A DNA stretch of 63,938 bases, the filler included, from Octopus bimaculoides (lineage: Eukaryota): NCBI RefSeq assembly GCF_001194135.2. It is 5 parts of 4 records of this genome, joined end to end, with 100 filler letters (N's around TTAATTAATTAA, not from the genome) between each part and the next. Parts side by side here need not be neighbours in the genome. Positions count along the whole stretch, not along the records: positions 47,924 to 61,259 come from NC_068988.1; positions 61,360 to 62,773 come from NW_026300429.1; positions 62,874 to 63,938 come from NC_068996.1; 2 more parts are not named here. One strand, written 5' to 3'. Shown one piece after another: positions 54,499 through 63,938 of this stretch. The position numbers and the translations under genes are program-made. Each line of letters begins with the position of its first letter. The stretch's first letter is position 1. Under the pieces are notes generated by a model. The model did no database searches, was not told where the DNA came from, and saw nothing but the letters and a program-made list of their open reading frames with translations.

Positions 54499-57400
54499 CG
54501 CATTTCCAGTCTATATGTGTGTGTGCGATGTGCGTCTGTGTACTTGTGTCTCTGCGTGCATTACATATGTATTTATATAGATGTATCCATATACATATAT
54601 ACATATATTATATATACGTTATATATGCATATAGAATCATTATATACGTATTCGTGTACTTATATAAGAATGAGTAGATATGTCTAGAGAAAAGTTTATA
54701 TGCGTACACATTCATACGTATGTATGGCAACAAAAATGTGTTATAATCATAATATATTTACGATATCAGACAATAAATTCTGTAATCGAAAAATATCAAA
54801 GAAAGAATCGGTTAATGTTATTGATTTTATAATCTACTTTTCCGTAATTGAAAAGTATCACAACAAATTTAGTTAGTGAGAATAACGTTCGTTTATGATA
54901 CTTCTGTAATAACGATTGTACTTATACCAAAGCGATTAAAGCAAAATGTTGATAAAATGAATAAAATAACGATATCAGAATATCCGGCAAATATATAGAT
55001 GGCAAAAAATCAGCTACATCGAACTATTAAATTATCAATTATATTTTAGTTCTCATTTCCTTGACATTGTCCTATATGTTCATTGTATTAGTTTTGAAGA
55101 CGCTATCTGGAAAGAGCGATGACTAAGATTATGTTGTGAAGTTTACCTTATTTAAATGCAGGTTAGAAATATTGTGCATGATATCTGATAAACAAGCTAC
55201 TGAATGCATTGCTACAAAGTTTAGTTTGATGACTTTAGTCTTTCTTCTGTAGAATGTGCTTTCTTTGTGTTCTTTGTATATCAAATAATTTAAGAATGAA
55301 ACATAATTAGAACTAACAAGGAAGCCTTTATATGGTTTCATGTCCTGCAAGAGAAACGACTAAATTTTGAATTAGAAGATGCAGAAAGAAGTAATACACT
55401 GGGTATTGTAATAATCCAGGAAGCATTTTGTTTGAACTATGGGGCAATAATAGCTGAGATACTATGTATTTGATATAAGGGCTGCTTGTTCATGGTTGAA
55501 GTTCCAAAATATATGTTCTCAACTAATTCACAGCCTCTCGTTAAGGGAAATACTATAACAGGATATATTATTCTTTATACCAGGTAGTTATCTCATTTGT
55601 TAAAAATACTTCTTTGAGATTAATTTCAGTTTATAGGGAATGGCTGTTCGATGTTACTACTGCTTTATAACCCCAGGTAGGGCCTCCTCCAGCTGGTTAT
55701 CAATGTAAACTGCAGCCGGTATATTTTGCAAGCACGGGAATGAACCCATGCCATCTAGCAGACGACGGGATCACCAGACCGAACGTTTTCGGACTATTTG
55801 TACCCACCATCAGTGCTGAACACCCGGCCACTAGAGATTAATTCTTTATTATAGGCACAAGGCCTAATTACATAGGGGACATACAAAGACATGCGGGAAC
55901 ATAAAACATATGAAGGATGAATGTGAAATGAATATATTTACAATGCAAATGAGTCGGCCATCTCGCTCCCGCTGCGAGATGAAACCGTGTATTCCTTTAA
56001 AACAACCTTCAACCCTGCCCCGAGGCGAAACCACGACTTCCCTCTTCGCTTTTTCTCTACCATTATAAACCAATGTTCATACAGTCCTTACTTATTTCTA
56101 TTCCTTTTTTTAAACTAAAAGTAAACCAAACGTTTCAAAAGGACTTTAAGAAACCTGTTCATTTAACAGTTTCAAATTTTACATTATTTTTCCGTCTCTT
56201 TTTTCCTAAAAAGTTCAAACAAACAATCATTCCTTTCAGTCACAGTCTTTACAAAATTATAATGACTCACCACTTACTCCTTTCAAGTTGGGGTGTCCTA
56301 TCTCACAATAATTTTCCTTTTCTTTTGTGATTTTCATGTTGTCTCTTTTTGCTCCTATTTTCCTGCTGTTTTACGGGTTCTTGTATTTCCGTCTCTAAGT
56401 CTGTGTGTTCGTGTATTTGTGTGTTCTTGTATTTGTGTGTCTGTGTATTCGTTTGACTGCGACTCTACGTGTTTCGTCTGTGTGTTTATGTCTTTAGGTT
56501 TCCGTAATTCTAGGTTGTCTCGTTCCTGGTCTGACTGATTCTGTACTCTTAATTCCTTTGCTGGTACTTCCACTGGTAAATTTTCGCCGTTTCTCGTGGT
56601 GGGTTGAGTTTCTTCTTCCATTCCTTTGCACTTCTTCACTTCCACTGTCGGTGACCTTCTTCTCTGTATTTTCCTGAGTTTTACCTCCACCAAATTCTCA
56701 ACATATTCTCTTCTCTGCTTCTGCTTTTTCTTAAATTCACAGCCTGCTGACATTACCCTGTTTCGGAATCATGCATCTAAATGCATTTATCAACATATAG
56801 GTGAGAAGTGAAAAATATTTACTCAATCAAATGAAATCAATTGCTATTTTACAATTTTTATTAAAATTATGAAAAAATATCCCAAACGAAGATAGACATT
56901 TCTTCTAAACGTTAGTACACACACACACACACANNNNNNNNNNNNNNNNNNNNNNNNNNNNNNNNNNNNNNNNNNNNNNNNNNNNNNNNNNNNNNNNNNN
57001 NNNNNNNNNNNNNNNNNNNNNNNNNNNNNNNNNNNNNNNNNNNNNNNNNNNNNNNNNNNNNNNNNNNNNNNNNNNNNNNNNNNNNNNNNNNNNNNNNNNN
57101 NNNNNNNNNNNNNNNNNNNNNNNNNNNNNNNNNNNNNNNNNNNNNNNNNNNNNNNNNNNNNNNNNNNNNNNNNNACAAGAGTTTGTATTCATCAACTTAT
57201 AAACATTATATTATGTCTAATTATTTATTTTTAAAAAAGACAATTATTGCAATATACATACATGCATAACATATGCTTTACATATATAGTATATAAAATA
57301 TAAAATATAAAAATACCAGTAATTATTTAAAATATATATTATAGAACATAGAAAGTAGGATCCTACTGTTTTCCTTTTGTTAGAAATTTCGATTCTTACT

Positions 57401-58849
57401 AGAATTTCTTCAAACAAATCTCGGAAAATGATATTTTCTTGTACAACATTTTATGTAAACAAACCCATTAACAAACAGATATATCTATTCCATGTCTCAT
57501 CTTCCAAGGTTTAACTTGAGTTTTATGATTATTAGATGAGCAAAAGAACATGATTGATATTCAGTTGATTACTTAATGGAGCTGAATTGTAACTTCTCTC
57601 TCATAAACAAAAATCAATGGATAGTCGGTGAGATTCAAGAAAACCATCCCAATGTCAACTCTCCGTCGCTGCAAGTCTAGTGCAAATTGATTTTGCTAAT
57701 TTAATTATATTCCATATATTGCTATTGATACAATCGGCTACTCTACAATACTAATGATTCAGAATATGTCAGAGGTTATTAAAATTAATCCCAACTCGAT
57801 AGTCAAATATGTATTGTCACTTCGGAATAAATGCAAAATCCGGCATTGGTTTTTGTTGTGTCAGATACTTCATAATGGCTATTGTTAAGTAAATATTTCC
57901 CTCAATGTAAATTTCAGAAAAATTGTATGTTGTCTTTTTTGTCAGGACTCAAACACTTTCGAAAAACATTTGCCAACAATTTGATTTTTTCCCTCTTCAT
58001 ACAGATGTGGAATGGTGTAGAGACAAGACGGAAATTAATATTTTTAATTGAAACAGTATTCTTTTGATTACCTACTTGATTTCCTTTTCCCTTGTATATA
58101 AATTAGAACTATATATTCCATGTTGTTTAACATGTAAAACGAAACATACCTGTTAGGAAAGAAAGTACCAAATTCTTTCCTCTGAACTTACTATAATACT
58201 AATCATCTGTTTCTTAACAGAAATTTATATCGGTGAAATGTATATTATGCAGAACTCTTGAAGTTGCTTGACTTATGTAATGGAAGGTTAACCAGGCATC
58301 TGTACACGTATGTGCAGATACGGGGAAGGTCATTTGCAAGAAAACTGGCAGTTGAACCTTCTTGAAAATCTCTCGTTCTCGACCATAGCGGTAGTTATCC
58401 AAGTGAAGACGATTACTTTGGCCGATATATCTCGGCAACAGTTTCGTCAGAGATATTGATAACAGAACACAATAAGCAGCAAAATTAATGTTCTCGGCTA
58501 ATTTCGGTTTGTTACATAAATCCTTTTCTTTCTTCTAATATAGATTTTTATATGTGTATCTTTTTCAGTTCTTTCTTCCAGTAGAACTTCTATATCTTGT
58601 TTTTACGGGGTAAATAATTTTTAGCACTTTCCATACATTTGAGTTGTCAAACAGAAAAAAATTACCATTTTCGGCAGCTTTTTCTCTTTGCTTTCAGTCA
58701 AGGTTCCAAATTTGTCAACACCCATCTAGATATTTGTAATATGTACAGAAATGGCACGATGACAGAAATAATTGCATAGAAATTATTTATACGCTAAAGA
58801 CAAGGGATTTGCTCCTCATAGACGCACCAAATTCCGGCCTACTTGTTCA

Positions 58850-59310
58850 AATTAATGAAGATGGAATGACCGGATACATTCAGCTACATCTGCACCAATG
58901 AGCCATAGAGTTGGCCCAATACACGGGAAGATTTTGAGATACCATCGACTGGTACGTGCACTCCACAGCAAAGGTCCCACAATTGCGTGCACGTGAACAC
59001 AGAACGAAACAACACGAGTGGTAAAACGTCGCTGTTCATAAACACACCAACCTTCGCCAACGTGTCGCTAATTCGACAAAAACAGGTGATGAAGGGCTAC
59101 TGCATTCACCGTATTTTCCTGACACAGGGTATCAGAATATAATCTGTTTTCTGAAAAGCAGTCCTAAATGTGTTTCGTTCTAAGGCAGTGTTGAACTGAA
59201 ACGGTTTTGTTAGATTCTTCTAGTGAAGACCTGGAAAATTTTACCATCAAGGCATTGTCAAACTAGTGAAACGTTGCGAAGAAGTCGTGACTGATTGGCT
59301 AAAACTATTG
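58850..59310 (+). mobile_element. Degenerate mariner transposase C-terminus
   Basis: LLHSPYFPD (YSPDL-like) and FYHQGIVKLVKRCEEVV. Confidence 0.55.
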
Positions 59311-59768
59311 AGGAAAATTAAGTACATAAGGATTGAAATGAATCGAGTAAAAGAACGAATTTACCACTGAACAATGTATATTTATTAAGATTGCTCAGAT
59401 ATCTAAATAATCAAGATCGTTACAACTCAAATTGTAATGCAGGAAACAGAAATAACTACTTTTAAAATCTGAAAATAAGATGATACTAATATAATGAATA
59501 TACGAGAAAGATTGTGACTTGTAGACATCCATGACAATGTTTGGGCGGGCGGGGGAAGGTTTTAAATATTTATGTTTTAGTAAAATGACAATGACTTTGA
59601 ACTTCTGCCAGGTAAAGCATTTGTAGTTCTTTGAAAGGCAAAACTTAGAAGCCATTGTTACTTTGAAATACATATATACATGTGTATATGTTGCAGTTTG
59701 AGATATATATGTATGAAATATGTTATGAGCAAATGATGCCTGTTTTTATGTGTGGTATAAAATATGCA

Positions 59769-60336
59769 TTAATCAATAATATTATTAGCCCTCTTCTCTC
59801 TTTTCATAATGGACTAAGTATCGGAATGGAAGTGAGCATGACATTCAAGATGACCTTTCTCAAAACACTGGCAAACACATTCAGTTTGGTAAGATAACCC
59901 ACAGCTATTGAGGATTAGAAATTCTCTTTATTCTCTGTTCACCCCAATTTTATTGGCACTTCAAAATGGTGGATGTACATAAATTCTGACTTTAGTTCCA
60001 CAAATATATGCATCTGTTCTTTCTATTGTAGCAGTATTGTAGGACAAAGAGGCTCTGGCACCATCCTTATAAGTTAGAACAATATTGGCAGACTGGTCAA
60101 CACCTGGATCAGCAATTGTTCCAACAGCAGTAATTGTCCCAGGTTTCTTTCTGAATATGAAGTTTGGAGGAGTAGGCGCAGGAGTGGCTGTGTGGTAACT
60201 AGCTTACTTACTAACCACATGGTTCCGGGTTCATTCCCACTGCGTGGCACCTTGGGCAAGTGACTTCTACTATAGCCTCGGGCCGACCAAAGCCTTGTGA
60301 GTAGATTTGGTAGACGGAAACTGAAAGAAGCCCGTC

Positions 60337-60403
<67 letters not shown>

Positions 60404-61140
60404 TCTGTGTTTGTTCACCCAACATCGCTTGACAACCGATGGTGGTGTGTTTACGTCCTCGTAACTTAGCGGTTCGGCAAAACAGACCGATAAAATAAGT
60501 ACTAGGCATCCAAAGAATAAGTCCTTGGGTCGATTTGCTCGACTAAAGGCGGTGCTTCCAGCATGGCCGCAGTCAAATGACTGAAACAGGTAAAAGAGTA
60601 AAACCATATTGTATAAACATCAATTTCCAAAATACCCCCACCACAAAAAGAGCGCTGAGAAATGTGTTGCTTTGAAAATATGCCAACCAAAAATGCCACA
60701 TCCCTGTAGCGTATCATTTGTCTGGTTCGAGACTCAATTTCTTCTCTAATAGCAGCATAAGCTGAGAAGAAATTAGACCACAAACCCTCCATTAAAAATA
60801 ATTTCTGTGATTTTGCAAGTTCAAACATTTTTTCTGTCTCCGTCAGATTAGTACAAGTTTTTCTCACACTGAACTGGTTTGCCATCGTTAAGCCTGGGAA
60901 TGGAAAGAAGATGATGGTCACAGTTGATGGTTGAAAAGCATACGAAATCTACGTTGGGATGTTTGATAAATTCTTCGTACCTGTCATATACGTTTGGTAT
61001 CTTAAATTCTTCAGCATATTTCTAAGCCTTCTTCTAAAGACTTGGATACGGCAGCAGTTATTTTATGACCCGAAGTATCCAAGCATTGCAAAGCATTGGA
61101 AAAATTACTTGCAATTCGACATCCATGACAATTTAATAGT
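59769..61140 (-). pseudogene. DHDH: DHDH-like (dihydrodiol dehydrogenase, GFO/IDH/MocA family) intronless pseudogene, split by a SINE
   Basis: Manual translation gives collinear motifs: GCRIASNFSNALQCL; KYAEEFKIPNVYDRYEEFIKHPNVDFV; GKPVQCEK; FELAKSQKLFLMEGLWS; GGGILEIDVYTI; then, beyond the SINE, NFIFRKKPGTITAVGT..GVDQSANIVLTYKDG; CGTKVRIYVHPPF*; NSCGLSYQTECVCQCFEKGHLEC. It carries frameshifts and at least 3 stops. Confidence 0.9.
60171..60603 (+). mobile_element. SINE family A, full length, inserted in the DHDH pseudogene
   Basis: High identity to 10435-10865; the DHDH frame continues on both sides. Confidence 0.9.
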
Positions 61141-61210
61141 GAAAAACTAATACAAAAGGTACCATATATGCATATTCATATACATATATATATATACATA
61201 CACACATACG

Positions 61211-61259
<49 letters not shown>

Positions 61260-61359
61260 NNNNNNNNNNNNNNNNNNNNNNNNNNNNNNNNNNNNNNNNN
61301 NNNTTAATTAATTAANNNNNNNNNNNNNNNNNNNNNNNNNNNNNNNNNNNNNNNNNNNN
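61260..61359. other. Synthetic assembly join N44-TTAATTAATTAA-N44
   Basis: Same 100-bp block. Confidence 0.95.
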
Positions 61360-62773
61360 TTATTAAAAGAAGAGATAATATTAGCAACATTATTAGTAGT
61401 AGAATAACCCACACCAAAATTATTTTTAGAAAAAATATAATGATATTTATTATTTTCTTTAAGGAATAAATCAATAACTTATAAGACTTCATTAATAATG
61501 TTAGTTTTAACTTGAACGCCGTATGGAATAATTAGCCAGAGTTTGTTCTTATTATAGATATTATTGAATTTATTATTAGTCTTATTCAAATTATTATTAT
61601 CATTAAAAAAATTAAAATAATATTTAAAATTGTTTCCATTAAAATTAAGTTTATGTTTAGGTAATTTATTATAATACCAATTATTCTTATTCTTCTTATT
61701 ATTACCTAAGAAGACATTATCATTTGTATAAAAGTTATGTTTATTAAAATGGTCATTATTATTATAATTATTATTACTACAATTATAAAAATATTTCGGA
61801 TTATTAAAAAATGTTATATTATTAGTATATCCCGCTTCTTGCAGGGCTTTATTATAATGAGGTGCATGTTTTTTCAAAAATCTCTATATTAGAAGATAGT
61901 AAAGAAATTCTCTTACTTATAGTAAATGTTAAGGATTTTTTAATTGAGGGTGGGTGATTGCTTTTAGCATGAATGTATTTAATATTTTCATTAATCTTAT
62001 GGTAAGGTTGGGTATTACCAGTAGATAAATTAAAATTAGCATCTAAATAATTAACGTTATAATACTCATTATAAATAGTAATCTTTAAATCATTTCTTTA
62101 AAAAACTATATATTCTCTTCTTATATAATTCTAGTTGTCTATTAATGCAATTTTTAGTAAGTAATAAAAGGTCATCCCTATATAAACCACCCTCCAATTT
62201 TAAGTTTTCAAGTTCAAGTTCAAATAATAAATATATACCTACTAAATCAGTTACCTGTGCTGAATCAGGCGCCCCCATTGGTATATCGAAATAATCTCTG
62301 GTATCTTTTCTAGCCCACAATTTATTATCATATTTAATCAATGATTTCCTAGCCATTTTAACTAAATTTACTTCATCGTTAGTCATACCTACTTTCTTCA
62401 TAGCAAAAAATTAGGGCCTTATTTAGTACTATTTCATTTATAAAAGAATAGTAATTATCAATATCAATTTGAATAAATTTATACCTATTTTTATCATTAA
62501 TACTATTAAACCAATTTAAAGTATCTACTGTGGAATTCCATAATTTAAGATAATTAATTCCATTTAATTTGTTAATATATATATCTAAAATTATTTTACT
62601 TAATTTACCTAGATCTGACTTACAAGGACAAAAAAGCCTAACTTTAGGGTTAGAATAAAAATTATCTTTATGGTCTTTTAAAGTAATTCTAGGGTGCATC
62701 AGTACATAAGGTTCTGTCTTACCATCAAGTTCGTATTTAAACATTATTAATTTAGAGGCCTTATTAATCAAAT
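61360..62773 (-). mobile_element. Penelope-like retroelement reverse transcriptase fragment (degenerate)
   Basis: ITLKDHKDNF..PKVRLFCPCKSDLGK; FIQIDIDNYY; FDIPMGAPDSAQVTDLVG; GLYRDD; NVNYLDANFNL; SNHPPSI; APHYNKALQEAGY; IPYGVQVKTNI; GYSTTNNVANIISSFN. Three +1 frameshifts and one TAA. Both ends are cut by assembly joins. Confidence 0.9.
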
Positions 62774-62873
62774 NNNNNNNNNNNNNNNNNNNNNNNNNNN
62801 NNNNNNNNNNNNNNNNNTTAATTAATTAANNNNNNNNNNNNNNNNNNNNNNNNNNNNNNNNNNNNNNNNNNNN
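62774..62873. other. Synthetic assembly join N44-TTAATTAATTAA-N44
   Basis: Same 100-bp block. Confidence 0.95.
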
Positions 62874-62925
<52 letters not shown>

Positions 62926-63464
62926 CTCACCTATATATATATATATATACATATTATACATAAATACTATATATCTAGATATGTATATATATATATATCA
63001 ACATAGTTTACATAAATATTATATATACTTATAATGCATAAATAGTATATATATATAATGTAACATACTATAACGACCAAGACCTTTGGCAATATATTAT
63101 TGTTTGAGAAGAAGACACATGAAGCCAAAGAAAATCACAATAGTGGCAGATACTGGTCTTACGCAAACGGCACATGATAGCAACCATTACACTCTTGGAG
63201 TGGTTGGCATTAGGATGGACATAGAGCTGTAAAAATCATGCTACCATGCGAAAATAGACTGGCGACAGGTGCAGACTCCCAACTTGCCAACCCTGGTCAA
63301 GCCATCCAATCCAGGGTAGCATGGACAATGAATGTTAAATGATGTTGATAATGATGATATATCCAATGATGATGTATATATATATATATATATATACACA
63401 TATATACATAAATATATAAATATGTATATATTTTAAATATAATATATACATATATATACAAAAA

Positions 63465-63495
<31 letters not shown>

Positions 63496-63818
63496 AATAT
63501 ATGTCTATATATATATAAATTTTTATTATTTTTTAATTTTTTATAGTTTCAGCTTAGATCTGCGGCCATGCTGATGCACCGCCGTGTTGCTACACTTTTA
63601 TTACAGGGAGCCTCTTACAATTTGTGGCACTTGGTGAAGAATGGAGTTTGATTTAGCAACCCTCATTTGCACCTCCAGCCGTGAGGTAGGTTCATCTGGG
63701 ACTCTCGACAGGAAGAGGTCCAGCTTTGATAAATGTATATATATTACATATTACATATATTACATATAGTAAATACATATATATACACACACATATATAT
63801 ATATATACATATACATAA

Positions 63819-63938
<120 letters not shown>

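Noticed and set aside
58214-58720. piggyBac-like motifs (LDNY, MGVD) on the minus strand
   Set aside because: The motifs are weak and occur in the wrong order for a piggyBac DDD domain.

Overview
AT-rich, microsatellite-dense animal genomic DNA from a gapped assembly. The repeat repertoire looks like an octopus/coleoid cephalopod (inference). Only one intact gene is supportable: a 5-exon TMEM41A orthologue on the minus strand (CDS 18379..8041, 750 nt, 249 aa, all GT-AG). A decayed intronless DHDH (GFO/IDH/MocA oxidoreductase) copy lies at ~59.8-61.1 kb, split by a SINE. The rest is mobile DNA: several tRNA-derived SINE families, RTE LINE 3' ends, three stacked R4/Dong-type LINE ends in a (TAA)n tract, mariner/Tc1 relics and MITEs, and a frameshifted Penelope-like RT on a small contig. 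The most interesting signal is two families of short non-autonomous elements carrying minimal type I hammerhead ribozyme motifs with a palindromic ACGU stem III (the Penelope-like-element type). One is a tRNA-headed SINE-like element that repeatedly occurs with an inverted partial copy. The other has a CUGU-N-GA core variant. Almost all long ORFs in the supplied track are artefacts of N gaps or microsatellites. Four 100-bp N44-TTAATTAATTAA-N44 blocks are synthetic assembly joins.
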